Counted from the stretch's first letter, positions 1 through 14,413 are shown. The stretch is DNA of 64,000 nt from the human T2T-CHM13v2.0 reference genome, Homo sapiens (GCF_009914755.1 NC_060925.1), one strand, 5' to 3'. The notes: generated by a model from the letters alone, not told the origin. A program made the numbers and translations.

Positions 1-506
1 AAGAGCTGTTTTTCCCCTCTTTGAAAATAGCCAGATTCTCTGTAAAAACTAAACTAATCTCAATTCTAATACTTGTATTCTGTCCCCATTATAAGAAATA
101 AGGGTTTTTTACTAGAATTTGGCATTGAAGTTCAAGAAAAATGTTTATTGTTTCTTATAGAATGAGAAATTGACAGGTATAACGCTTTGCTTAGAGTTCT
201 TTTTTAATGTTAGTCATGAAAGGCAGATGTCTTAAACCTGTATTTTTCTTTTTATAATATACATGTGGGTCCATATTTACATTTATCATTGAAAAATGAT
301 TTGAACATTTTCTTTTTCGTTATTTGTATTCATTATTAGTGGAATCAGTATATTGGATACAATTGTTAAAAATGCATGTTACAATTTGCAAGTCAGTTTA
401 ATATCTTGTGACAAGATATTATGTGAACAGTCCATATAGCAGTACAATAATTTTAAAAAGAAAATTTACAAACTGCCCATCGTCTGATTTTTATTTATAT
501 TTTCAG

Positions 507-595
507 ACCAATTAAAACAACCTCATTTAGTGATTACTACCAGACATGGTCCAGAATAGCTACATCAAAAGCCACAGAATACTACAGAACTCCAT
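507..595 (+). CDS. UBE2U: UBE2U internal coding exon, (R)PIKTTSFSDYYQTWSRIATSKATEYYRTP
   Basis: Pyrimidine tract + ttttcag acceptor ending 506; donor CAT|gtaagg; only one open frame; joins in frame to the 9533 exon (T+TG=Leu); peptide recognised as UBE2U just C-terminal of the UBC domain. Confidence 0.9.
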
Positions 596-789
596 GTAAG
601 GTGAACTATCCTTATCCTATGTCCTTTTGGTATATGTTAATCTGTTAACATTTATCTTGGTTTCAAAGACTAATTGACACACATCTGCTATGTAAGAGTG
701 ATAAACTTCTCTGTAGGCTCTATATACTATTCATTCAACAACTATTACTTTAGTTCTTTTTTTCAAAAAAAAATAATTTTAACTTTTTG

Positions 790-1347
<558 letters not shown>

Positions 1348-1799
1348 GAAGAATACAAAGTTCTTTTGTATAGAGCCCTGGACTGAAGTCTGATTAAAAG
1401 CCAGAAAGAAAGATAGTCAATTGGAGGAATAACAGAAAAGTTCCCAATCTTATGAGGTTTACTTTACTTCCTTTACCCCAGAGAAAAGCTTTCACACCAG
1501 AGAGAACCTTTTTATTTCTCCTCTAAGCCACAAGAAATATTAGGTAGAAATTCAACAAGAAAACATAAGAACATAGGGCTGTTCAATTATATCAATCTAA
1601 AAGGAAAAATCATCTGTTACCATCATACATCAGGAGCTAAAAAGACAGATTGAGAGAGCTGGACAACTTTCCGGTTCCATTTAACTGGATCTTTAGAGTA
1701 CTATTTCATTATCTGGATGAAAGTAGGTTGTCCAGTCTGCATACACTTACTGAAATACGACTTTGCTTCAGCCATCCTTCTAAAATGGTGCATTCTGCA

Positions 1800-2420
1800 G
1801 TAGCAGAGACTTCTGAATTCCCAGATGCAGTGATTACGTTTTAGTCCTCTTCTTACTTGCACTCTCATTAGCTGTGCTCTCCTTGATTTACATGATACCA
1901 TACATCCATGGCTTTTCATCTCCCTTCCTAAGCACACTGCTGCCTCTTCCCTTGGCAATATCTTCTTCATTCAGTCCTCTCTACTTACTCTCTCTGAAAG
2001 ACCTCTTCCACTACCATGGTTTTCATTTGCTTACAGTCCAGCGATTCCTAAAGCTGCATCTCTAGCCAGATCCCTCTTCTGAATTTTCCATGCATATTTA
2101 TAACTGTGCAGGGGACATCTCACCTATGTGTATTATAGGCATCTCATATTCAAGATATCTCAAAGTGAATTCATCATCTTGCCCCCAAATCTATCTTTCT
2201 TCCTTTATTCCCTCTCTTGGTTAGTGGTAGATCACTAATTTTACATTTTCTTACCAAAGCCAGAATCTTAGATGTTTCCTACATCTCTTTATCTCTCTCA
2301 TTAAGCCTTGTTGATTTTTATCTGCTGCAACATTATGAATGCTTCCACTCTACTACACCCCCATGACCATTGCCTTAATTTGAAGTCTCTTTATATTTCA
2401 TCTCATCATTATGATAGTTT
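1800..2420 (+). mobile_element. L2 fragment
   Basis: Degenerate L2-like text (ccatggttttc...gacatctc...catctcatattcaa...tgaattcatcatc). Confidence 0.6.
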
Positions 2421-3959
2421 CCTATAGTGAAAAATAGTATCAAGTTTTAAGGTACAAATGAGGGCAAAAAATAGTACTAAGCTTAATAAATATCCTTAAA
2501 AGGTAAATTAGATCAATAACTTTTAAGAAATCACATGTTCTTTCAGGAGGTTGGCTATTAATTATTTTGTGATTATATATCACCATCCTCACTCATAGGT
2601 CAAAACAATTTAAGGTACATCAAGATATACAATCTTTAGCAGCTCTATCAGTATAAAATATTGATTATTTTTGATACCAGAGTACCTGAATGGTTAATTC
2701 AGGTCAAAGATTTGTTGTTGAGTGCTGCCTAGTCAATTCAGCAAACACATCTGCTGTGTGTACCTACTATGTATGAGGCACTGAGCAGCTCATATAGGCT
2801 GCAGGGGCAATAACCCTTAATTACACAAACACTGTGTTGAGAGACATTAATTGGCACACTCTAGGGAACCACTCAGAGTCAAACTCCTTCCACCAAAAAA
2901 CAGATTGTTACAGGAGGGTGCTTTCTAGAATAACATGTAAATATATAGGGCCACTTGGAAACTCCAAACTGCTAGAGGAAAAAAAAATAGAAGCATGTGC
3001 CAAAACTTAAGGAGATTTGGGAATAATTGTCTTGCAATAAAGAATAATTAAAAAATGGAAGGAAATAATAAGGCACCACTGACCACAGTTTCTTCTTCAA
3101 AAAGAGTTTGGCCCCAAAATGTTTAATTTTGTTGTTTCTACATCTTTCACTAACCTAGTATGTGATTCATCCCTGTTTGTAAAGGTAATAACTGGCCATT
3201 GTTATCTCTAGCCCAGATGAATTTCTGAGACTTTGAATCTAGCACTTGGTGCATGATTTCACAATCACCCTGCCTCTTCTTCTTCTAGGGAATTGTTATA
3301 AGAATGTTTCAAGAGTTTCCTTGAATAATAACCAGCACTTAATTTAAAAAAATTAAATGTAAACTTTACATGTGCTGCTGGCCATTTTATCTTTTGATAG
3401 TTCAGCTGGATGAGATCCAACACTATCTTTTTTTAATGGCCTAATTTCCTGGCAATAATAAAGATGAAGCTTTTAGATTATAGAATGCTTCTTCAACAAC
3501 TCAGAAATAAAAGAGAAACTTCTAATAACTTCATTTTCTACAGTTACATTCTTAGCATTAGAAAGATTATTAAACTCTTGTGCATATTTTTAAGAGCTTT
3601 ATCTTTTATGAGTAGTGGTAAGTAGTTAAATTTTGATTTGGGGTATTAACTCTTTTCCCTATCTTGTGCCACAAATCTATACATAGTCGTTGGCATCATC
3701 ATAATAGTAAGTTTATTCTTGTATAATGCAGTTTATGAAGTATGCTCCTATATATTTTTAGCCATCCCAATCTATCATTCTTTTATTCAATTATTCAACC
3801 AACATTATTAAGCACCTAATATATGTCGTGCACGGTGGTATATCAACCCTACGTGCCAGGCATTATTATTATTATTACTTTGTTTGAAGATGAGAAAACT
3901 AAGACAGAAAAGCTAAGTAATTTACCTAAGGTTACACATGTGAGGGAGAATATCATATG

Positions 3960-4165
3960 TTGGTAAAGAATGTACATCCTGGAGTCAGATTTACCAGAGT
4001 TTCATCCTGGGTCTGCCATTTACTGGCTGTGTGACTTTGGTTAAGTTTCTTAACCTCTCTGTGTCCCAGTTTTCTCATCCATAAAATAAGAATAATCACA
4101 GCACATACTTTATAGGGTTGAAGCACTTAAAACAGTGCCCAGCATATAGTGAGTTCTCAATAAGT
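3960..4165. mobile_element. MIR
   Basis: Core gtgactttggttaagtttcttaacctctctgtgtcccagttttctcatccataaaat. Confidence 0.75.
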
Positions 4166-4777
4166 GAACAATAAGTTCTCAATAAGTGTGTTCTCAATTA
4201 ATTCGGTAGGCTGTGGTCCAGAGACTGGAACCACATCTTCTCACTCCACATTTGTTGCTCTTTCTCTGATACTCTACTGCCTCCGTAATATGACATCAAA
4301 TTTTTATCTCTGTATGTATGAGATTTAAATTCAAACTCGGAAGTACATGCAGCATATTTGTAAATAATTATAATTTTTAGTTCATAAGCATAGGCAATCG
4401 TATGGAAAATGTACCAAGGATCCACTGTTCTCTCTCCACTGCTATAGAATGGCAAGTAAAAGGTTTGGCAGAGAACAAACCAATACATATATATGGTTGT
4501 GGGCAACAGAGCCTTAATGACAGAATATGATCCCCATAAGGAAATGTTTATGTTAGAGGAAAAGAATTCCTCCAGACCAGTGTACTCTTTAATACTGAGC
4601 CTAGGCTTCCTGATGTTTGTTTGCTGTCATCAAGACAGACCAAACAGCCTGAAGCATGATGGGGATGTTTGCTTCACCCTAGGAGACTTTTATTCTTTGA
4701 GTCGTTAAGCCAGCAATAAGGGCAAGTGTCTCCAAAACACATTTAGATGCAAGAAGCAGTATCATCTGACTCTAATG

Positions 4778-4947
4778 CAGTGGTTCTCAGTCTTGACTGC
4801 TCATGAGAACCACCTGAGGAGCTTGTAAAACTTTCAATATAGATGGCACACCCAAGACCAATTACATCAGGATCTCTGGGAGTAGGACCAGGCAGTAGTA
4901 GTTTTTAAAGCTCCCCAGGTGACTACAATGTGCAACCAAGGCTGGGA
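4778..4947. mobile_element. MER5A-like hAT DNA transposon
   Basis: cagtggttctca start; aaagctccccaggtgac...caaggctggga end. Confidence 0.7.
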
Positions 4948-6066
4948 AGGTCCTAGTGGGAAAAGCATGATGTCAGAAGTTAGAAACTCCTTAGCCCTGT
5001 ATCAGTTTTGCCATGTGCAGGTAAGTGAATTTAAGGTAGTCACTTAACTGTTTGTACTTTGGTTTTCATTTCTATTGATTGACAAAAATATTCTATCCTC
5101 CTTTATGTTGCTCTATGGTTAGCATGTGTGAAAATAGAACATGCTGAGGCAAGTTGGTACTATTGGTTTTTTTGGATGTGACCATCCTAGCAGTGGAAAA
5201 AAAAAATTCAGGGCAACCCGTACAGATGTTGGACAAGAGATGTATCATAGAAAAAAAAAAAAAAAAAGCAGAGTAGAAGCAATGCCCTGGAAGCTGCAGA
5301 AGGCACAACAGAAAAGCAAGAAGAACTATACTGTGGATGCAATAGAGGATGCTTTCCTACCACAGATTACAAAATTGCCACAAATGCAAGATATCGTAGT
5401 GATGAAGGAATTTCAACGTGCAAAACTTCTGCTAAAATTACATGGTTCCTTTCTTCTCTCTGTCTCTCTCCTGTCCTCATTCTTTCATTGTTTCTCTCCG
5501 ATCAGTGTCATTCGTTGAGCACCTTCTATATCTAGACAATTGGCTGTGTGTGGGAGATAAGAAGACACATTGTGCTAAGCTCTTCAAGGAGTTTACAGAC
5601 AAGTGGTAAGAGACAGATGAGTGAAAAAAAACCATGGGGATAAAATATGAGATGTGTTAAAATTTGTACAAAGTACTGTGGCATTTTCATCTCTCAGATG
5701 ATGGAGAAAGCAATGAAGAAAATGAGTCAATGATATAAAACTAATAGGACTATTCAGGAAAGATGACCGTGTCATTTGGGGTTTCATAATATATAAGGAA
5801 GAGACAGCCATACATATTCAAATATAAAATGAGGAAAGGCAATTTCAAAAAGTTTAAGAAAAGATATGAATTATCCTTAAATAGAAACCTCAAAAGGAAA
5901 TAGCATTCGTGAGAGATTAAATTTTAAATTTTGGCTAAGAGTAATGAAGAGTCCCAATGAGAAGACATTACTCAACCTCTCTATGTCTGTTTGACCATCT
6001 GTACAGTGGGTATTCTAATGGTAACCATATCTATTTTACATGTGCCTAGCATATAATAAAAATTCT

Positions 6067-6380
<314 letters not shown>

Positions 6381-6704
6381 TCTGCTAATGTTAATTATTA
6401 TAATCATCTAAAGGAAATAATGAGACCTCACAAGAACTCTGGGGAGCTAAGATTTACTTCTTTAATGGAAGGGAGGAGCATATATCCAAATACCAATAAA
6501 AAGTATTAATAACGTCTGTAAGAATATGTATGTATGTGTGCTTACATGTGTTTGAAGCAAGAAAATTAAGGAACAGACAAAAATATTACTGGTGAAAATC
6601 ATGTAAAAAAGGAAACTATTCAGTTAAAAATTTTTTTTTCTATCAATGGCAAATGTCATCAAGCTAAAAGGGGTAAGTTCATCATTATTAAGAAGAAAGT
6701 GCCA

Positions 6705-7115
<411 letters not shown>

Positions 7116-7248
7116 TTAAATAGTTCGACTGTAAGCTAAGCTCAGAACAATAATAAGAAATAGGAAAATAGATAAAGTATATATGAGCATATGATCTGGC
7201 TTAATAATATTTCATGTAAAAATTACCAGTGCCTTAAACATAGTAGGG

Positions 7249-7916
7249 TTTTTTTTAATTATTATTATACTTTAAGTTCTAGGGTAGATGTGCACAACGT
7301 GCAGGTTTGTTACATATGCATACATTTGCCTGTTGGTGTGCTGCACCCATTAACTTATCATTTACATTAGGTATATCTCCTAATGCTATCCCTCCCCCCT
7401 CCCCCCACCCCACGACAGGCCTTGGTGTGTGATGTTCCCCTTCCTGTGTCCAAGTGTTCTCATTGTTCAATTCCCACCTGTAAGTGAGAACATGCGGTGT
7501 TTGGTTTTCTGTCCTTGTGATAGTTTGCTGAGAATGATGGTTTCCAGCTTCATCCGTGTCCCTACAAAGTACATGAACTCATCATTTTTTATGGCTGCAT
7601 AGTATTCCATGGTGTATATGTGTCACATTTTCTTAATCCAGTCTATCATTGGTGGACATTTGGGTTGGTTCCAAGTCTTGGCTATTGTGAATAGTGCCAC
7701 AGTAAACATACGTGTGCATGTGTCTTTATAGCAGCATGATTTATAATCCTTTGGGGTATACACCCAGTAATGGGATGGCTGGGTCAAGTGGTATTTCTAG
7801 TTCTAGACCCTTGAGGAATCACCACACTGTTTTCCACAATGGTTGAACTAGTTTACAGTCCCACCAACAGTGTAAAAGTGTTCCTATTTCTCCACATCCT
7901 CTCCAGCACCTGTTGT
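7249..7916 (-). mobile_element. 5'-truncated L1PA (~PA5)
   Basis: Antisense L1 3'UTR and ORF2 end; TSD core catagtagg at 7239-7247 and 7921-7929. Confidence 0.9.
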
Positions 7917-8639
7917 TAATCATAGTAGGTTTTTAATAAATCTTATATGAATTTGATTGAAGGTATAGGCTTGTAATTAACCACAAACTTAAGAGCCAGT
8001 GGTGATGTAATATGAGTTCCAGAAAATACTAATGCAGGTCTGAGCTGAATTGATAGTCCACAGAGCAAGGGAGGTAGTAAGCCCACTTGCATCTTTGCTT
8101 CAAACCAATTCAAGGTCCTGATCCAGTTTGGGACACTAATTTTAATAGGAACATCAAAAGAGTTTATCACCAGGGCATTAAGGATGGTTAAGTTTCTAGA
8201 AAATCATATCCTAAGAACAAGTTAAAAGAACTGAGGCTTCCCTGTGAGCTATTAGAGGGCTCTCTCTTGTGGGAGAGGGATGAACTTAGTATTGCTCCAG
8301 AGGTTAGAACTAAGACCAGTGGAAACTCACAGCAGTCAGATTAAGGAAGGACATTGTAACCCTTATCTGCCAATGGAATGGGCAGTCTCCCAACTACAAA
8401 GTGGTGTGTTTTCTGTAGTTTGCAAGTAATTCATTCAGAACCTGGATGATCATCTGTTGGAGATTCTTGCTTTGTGAAGGATCAAGCAAGGTCTTTAATG
8501 TCATTTCCAACTTCAAAATTCTAATTTTCTACTTGAAGTGCTGAATTAGAATTTTGTTAAACTATGATGTCTTGGTTTTATATGAGTTATTTTAATACTT
8601 TCTTCATTATTGTTGCTCAAAACAAAATTTCTCTTTTTA

Positions 8640-8824
8640 AATTTTTATTTATTTATTTTTGAGACAGGGTCTCACTCTGTCACACAGGCTGGAGTGCAGT
8701 GGCGCAATCTCAGCTCACTGCAACCTCTGACTACTGAGTAGCTGGGATTACGGGTGTGTCCCACCACGCCTGGCTAATTTTTGTATTTTTAGTGGAGATG
8801 GGGTTTCACCACATTGGCCAGGCT
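8640..8824 (-). mobile_element. Partial AluS with internal deletion
   Basis: Alu right arm and part of left arm. Confidence 0.8.
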
Positions 8825-8825
8825 A

Positions 8826-9268
8826 TATTTCAATAAATTTAAAGATCTAATTGGCTTGCATTAGTGATTCATGAATCAGGCAGCATCTCATCTTAAAAAC
8901 AGATAAGTGATCTACTGAGCATAGCAGAACAGTTAGTTTTTATAAGGTAACTAGAGCAGGAATAAGAAAACAGAATAATACAAAAATTGGATTGGTTAAC
9001 ATAAGGCACTTCAGTTACTTTCCTTGTAAGGGTTAAAGCACAGGGACTTCCTTATCATGCCACTTCAAGTTGACTGGGCCCCTTCTGACTGGTGGCTGTG
9101 AATCTCTTCTTTTGAAAAAACTGATCTGCTTAAGATTGTCCTGCTTCCTTAAAGTTTCAGTTTTATTGCATGACACTTAGCATGAGTAACTCCATTTTGT
9201 TTGGTCTGTTAATGCCTAAGGTAGGTGCTCAGTCCAAAACAATGGTCTCCTATAAATTTTATTTAACA
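8826..9268 (-). mobile_element. ERV1-class solo LTR (MER31-like)
   Basis: Minus strand starts TGTTAAATAAAATTTATAGGAGACCATTGTTTTGGACTGAGC; family name from memory. Confidence 0.6.
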
Positions 9269-9532
9269 TGATAAAGGATATATAATGTTTTTCATTATAA
9301 TGAAAATAACTTCCAAGTCATAATCTATTTCAAACAATATCTAATATTATGATGTTCCAATAAAAGCAAGTAATTTGGAAAGTTTCTAAGGATTGTAATA
9401 TGACTTGAATTATATAGTGCATGTTATTGCCACATATCAACTTAATGAGAAGTGAATGATTTTTAACTTTTAACTATTAACTATTATTAAAGAATGTATG
9501 TATAGCTTCTTTTTTTAATATTCTAATTTCAG

Positions 9533-9614
9533 TGCTCAAAGTTCCAAATTTCATTGGACAGTATTACAAATGGAAGAAAATGGATCTACAGCATCAGAAA
9601 GAATGGAATTTAAA
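9533..9614 (+). CDS. UBE2U: UBE2U coding exon, (L)LKVPNFIGQYYKWKKMDLQHQKEWNL(K)
   Basis: Acceptor ttctaatttcag, donor AAA|gtaaga; phases match both neighbouring exons. Confidence 0.9.
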
Positions 9615-11050
9615 GTAAGAAATATGAAGTGCCTTGAATGTGTACATTAACTTGAATTGTCTATTATTCCACTTTCTACTATCCAACTTGGAAATAACAG
9701 AAGAAACCCTTGGAAATAACAACTTATACCCTTTTCTCAGTATAAGAACAAGAATAAAAGAAATGATCATTTCTTGCTTTCATATGAACCCAGGTAGGAA
9801 ATATCTTTGCTACATATTTGCTGCCAAAGATGGAGATAGGACATGATCTGCAGTGAAGAAATCTCGTAATATCCTTCCCATTATTTCTCTTACTCTCATT
9901 TCCATCATCCTTATCAACATGTGACTTAGAAATAGCTTTTTTTTAAAAAAAAAGAAAAGCAAAAAACTATATATCATCAATTAGCTTTTCATCCTTTTTG
10001 TAGCTCCAAACATTGTTTCTTCTCCCACAGATTTCTCATTCAAGACCAAATATATTAAATCTAATGAAGAAGGATATAGTAAAATACAAACATAAATTAT
10101 TATATCTTTAGAAATCATTGACTCTTAGACCACATTAAGGAAGGAACCTTAATCTCATCTTTGGTCTTTTGACCCCTGAAGGCAGTTTTTCTGCTTCATC
10201 ATGTTACAGCAAAGATGCCATTTCAGTTCTGTGGTATTGGCTGTGTTGTGCTAGTCATTTTTTCTGGTGTGCTCATTCCAAGGTACTCTGAGTGTGTGAC
10301 CATAAAGGTAGGGGAATTAAAGATCCTATTTTTTGTGTTTATCTCATTTATCTCAATTTTTAGCTCTTCAGTTTACTGTTAACCAAGTGCCCTCTTTTCT
10401 AGATGGAAATACACGATGAATAAAGATAACGTGCTGTATTTTGAATTTCTGAAGCAACTGAGGAATTGAATATATTTTTTTAAATTGAGTATATTAAAAT
10501 GTAATTCCCTATCCTTTAACATCATATAGTTCAGACTGAGTTTTTCAGTTGGATTTTCTTTCTTCTGTTGATTCTGTAACAACTTTCTTTCAAGCTAAAG
10601 TAGAGAAAAGCTTTTGCATTTGATATACTTTTCTGCTTTCAGGATAAATTACAGGAAGTAGAAAGTTTTTTATCCAGCAAAATTTGAAGGAGTATAAGCA
10701 TGTTTTTTTCCTGAAGGCATGTTTTAAGTTTCTTTTAGAGTTGAAGAAACCTACTTAGAATATAAGGTTAATTTTTCTTTGACGTGAATTCCTTTTTTAT
10801 TTCCTTTAACAGAACTGTTTTATTTGTTTGATCATCGATTCATTATGTAATGCCAACATCCTGCAGAACCCAAAAATTTAGAAAAAGTAGAACCGTGTCA
10901 TTTTCAATTTATCCATCCACTTCTACATATGGCTAAAATAATTGTGAGCTGTTTGAGTGCTGGAACATTTTTCCAAATACATTATTTCAAAGTTACAGGT
11001 CAAATTATCATGTGCATAGTGACCCTGTCAGAATAAAACCCTCACACCTT

Positions 11051-11064
11051 ATGCCATCTGGTGG
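11051..11064 (-). promoter_or_regulatory. CTCF core motif
   Basis: CCACCAGATGGCAT on the minus strand. Confidence 0.5.
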
Positions 11065-11714
11065 TTGATGAGAATATATTTAGATCAAGTGATATTTGCT
11101 GCTTCAAAACGCTGGTGTTGATTAGTCAAAAACTCCACTATTTAAATGCAGTTTTAAAAAGATATTATATTTATCTGCATTTTATTGTGGCATAAATATT
11201 GACTATGCAAATGTTAGAGGTATAGTAAAATCTAAAAAATCTAAAGAATGGCAAAATTCAACTTCTCTTCAAATAATTATCAAAAGTCTTGTGTTCATCA
11301 AAATACATGGGGTATGATAAAGAGGACAATTCATAGAGAATCAAGTAGAAAATGTTTGGGGATCTATGCACATGAGTAATTGGTCTATATTGTGCATGCC
11401 ATATTAAGCATCTCTCAGTTTTTAATATTCGAAAATGCTTTCCTTACACTGAAATTTCCTGTTTCAAAAAAACAGGAAATGTAAATTGAGAACCCTGTAT
11501 TTGCATAGCATTGAAGAAAAAGAGAAACCTGTCTCTCCTGCTACTTCCTTCCCTCCCCTCATCAATCAATACCTTATTCTTAAGCCACACTGAATTCTTT
11601 TTTCTCACTATTATTTGGGGACCTAAGACCTCCTTACCACGTTGTACCTTCTGCCTCGGATCAGCAAGGTCTTTGCTGCTGGTGTAGAGCTAGGATTTTG
11701 TCAGTTAAAAAGTG

Positions 11715-11968
11715 GAATGTGGAGCTCTTAAGCGCAGGGGCACTGGAGCCAGACTGTCTGGATTTGAATTCTGGCTCTGCCAATTACCAGCTCTGTGACC
11801 TTGAGCAAGGTCACTGATTTTTTTTGTGCCTCAGATTTATCTGTTAAGTGGCAGTAATAAGTGTACCTACCTCCCAGGGAAGGTGTGAGGATTAAATAAA
11901 TTAATATATGTAAAATGCTTCAAACAGTATCTGGTGCATGGCAAGCACTCATAAAGTTCGCTATTATT
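11715..11968. mobile_element. MIR
   Basis: ggagccagactgtctggatttgaattctggctctgcc...gtgaccttgagcaag...gtgaggattaaat. Confidence 0.8.
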
Positions 11969-12010
11969 CATGCTTTTAAAACTTTACTGTGGCCCTCATT
12001 CAATTTGCAG

Positions 12011-12310
12011 ATGAAAAATCTTTCTTTGGAAGCAGCATAGGGGAAGAGCATGAGCTTCAGAGTCAAACAGATGTTGGAGAAATTCTTAACCACTCTGAAC
12101 TTGTTTTTTTATCTGTTAAATGGAGATAACCTTACCTATCTTGCAAAGTTGTTTTGCATTTGACGCTTATTATTTTATATATATGATTTCATTCGAGATA
12201 TAAATAAAAATTATATAAAAATGTGTATATTATATATCTGTTACATATATAAAATAAAAATTAATATAGCATCACACATAGGCATTCAATAAATTTTAGT
12301 TCCTGGGGAG
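12011..12310 (+). other. UBE2U: Candidate alternative terminal exon overlapping a MIR; gives ...WNLK*
   Basis: Acceptor caatttgcag|atga; AA+A TGA = Lys-stop; AATAAA at 12203, 12253 and 12288; 3' end uncertain. Confidence 0.55.
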
Positions 12311-14399
12311 AGGAGGAGATGAAAGTTCATGCCACCCTACTTTTCAGAGAATAAAAACAATCTGTTGGAAACATGTAAAATTTGTCTTTTCTCAGGTTAG
12401 AAAACAACACCTATCATAACTACATTTATTGTAGTTCCTATATGCCTCTGGTTCCTTTTCCTTCTCTACTCCACCTCCATCATTTCTTCTGCCTGGTGAA
12501 GTGCTTCACAAAGATGTTGTGAAGAGCTGGCCCAAATGTCTTTTTGTAGAGACAGTCACTGACAAGCTCAGGCATTCACAGTTACCCCATCCTCTCTCTC
12601 CATATTCTCTGTTCCCATGTCTTTCAGCATGTGTGATGTGGAAATTCATCTGTTCATGAAGAGGGACCAGGGCAGGGATGTTTGTGTCCCTTTGCATTCT
12701 CTGTACCTAGCATGGTGCCTGGCAAATAGTAGGCACTCAATTAATGTTAGTTGAAAAACGCATCCTCACCCTGTTTTCTCAATTAGTATTAGGATTAAAT
12801 GTGAAGAAAGTTCATTTTAGAAAAATAAAATTGAGTTGCAAACTTTTAAGGTTCATTCTAATGTAAAGATTTAGGATTCTATTTTGGGAGTTCTAAGGTG
12901 TAGTTGGAAACAGTGATTGAAAACTGGAAATGTAAATGGCTTTCATGAATATTTTATGCAAAATCTCTAATTTGGCAAGTCTTTGTTACTATTAATAGAA
13001 ACATTGTCATTATAAGCAGCTCATAAATATTCATTAATCAATTATTTGGTTTGGTGTTCCTTTCTAAAGCCTTTTTTCTTTCCTATTGGCTTGAGTGTCT
13101 TTTGTATTCATGAAAGTGCTTTCTTTCCGTTAAAGGATACGAATCTGTAATCTAATCAGTAGTTTGTATTTAAGTTCTCCAGAGAAATAGTAAAAGATAT
13201 AAAATCAGAAAGCAATGAAAGCTGTTCTTTCGAGTGTTCTTGGTTGTGCACATATAAAACTATGTTTGTGCCATACTCTAGCTAATGATTGCTTCTGTGA
13301 CAACAGAAAAATCTTTATCAGTATTCTAAGCTTTGGCAGCTAGCAAGTTGTCTAAATAAAACTTATCAGTCCTGGTGGTGGTTTACATTCGGTGTAGCTT
13401 TAGAAAAGAATATTGCTTCTTGTTTATACCGAGTAGGTATAGAGGGAACCGGAACTAACATGGCTGAGTACTTCCTGTATGCCCGGCGTTCTCCCTTCAT
13501 TTCCTAATTCATGTTGGCCATCCTGTGGAGTTGACAGTCACACGTGTAAGTGTAACCCACAATAATACCCATCAGCCTCCTTCAAAGCCACAACAAATCA
13601 ACCTGTACTCCAAGTCAGACCACTTTGCTTGCCTTGTTGACAGCCCAAGACCTGATTCCTAACCTCCTTTTCAATGGATAACCGCTCCTAAGACCCATCC
13701 CCCAACCCCTGACGCCCCAGACATTCCGTAAAGGTGGAGATGGATATTATCTCTAGTTTACCAGTGAGAGAAATGGAGGCACAGAGATTAGCGAGTTTTC
13801 CTGAGGTTACTGATAAACATAAATTTTATTTGCAAATTAAAACTAAACTGTTTCTTTCTTGCCTACTAATATGTACTTAATAAAAGTTTAAATTGTTCAG
13901 GTAAGTGTAAAAATATTGCCTATCCAATCGCAAGCACAATCAAGTGTACATTTTGTGAAAAAGTTGTGTTTTTTCTCAATATTAAATTCTATTATTAAAC
14001 AATGTTAGTTCTTTTTTTTCTTATATGTAAAAAAAGAACATCTGTGCAATATCAAATACCAATAAAAAAACTTTCTTATATCTGTAAATCCCACTCTGGA
14101 CTTAGTTGTCCTGTCTTTTAAATTAAGAGACTAATACATATTTTTTCTACATTTCTTTGGTGTCTGATTTTGTGAGCATGTTTTAACTCACAAAAGATAA
14201 GTAATCTTTCTTTTGGTATACCTATGTTTGATCCCCTTTATATGGAAAACGTTCATGCTGAGTAGATTCTTTTAATATATGTTCGTGTTGTCCTTTCAGG
14301 GTTATTGAATTTAAACATGTTTTTTATAAGTTTACTTAATTATGTATTTAATGCATTTTTTAAGGAGTGCTAGCTTTATTCCCTAAAATTAAACCTTGA

Positions 14400-14413
14400 C
14401 TGCCATCTTGTGG
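14400..14413 (-). promoter_or_regulatory. CTCF core motif (also YY1-like)
   Basis: CCACAAGATGGCAG on the minus strand, in unique AT-rich DNA. Confidence 0.5.

Noticed and set aside
5141-5518. 125-aa Lys-rich ORF
   Set aside because: Intronic, built on A-runs, no recognisable homology or matching splice sites
10643-10998. Strong-looking acceptors at 10642 and 10812
   Set aside because: No in-frame continuation checked beyond an early stop after 10642, and no other support; common in AT-rich introns
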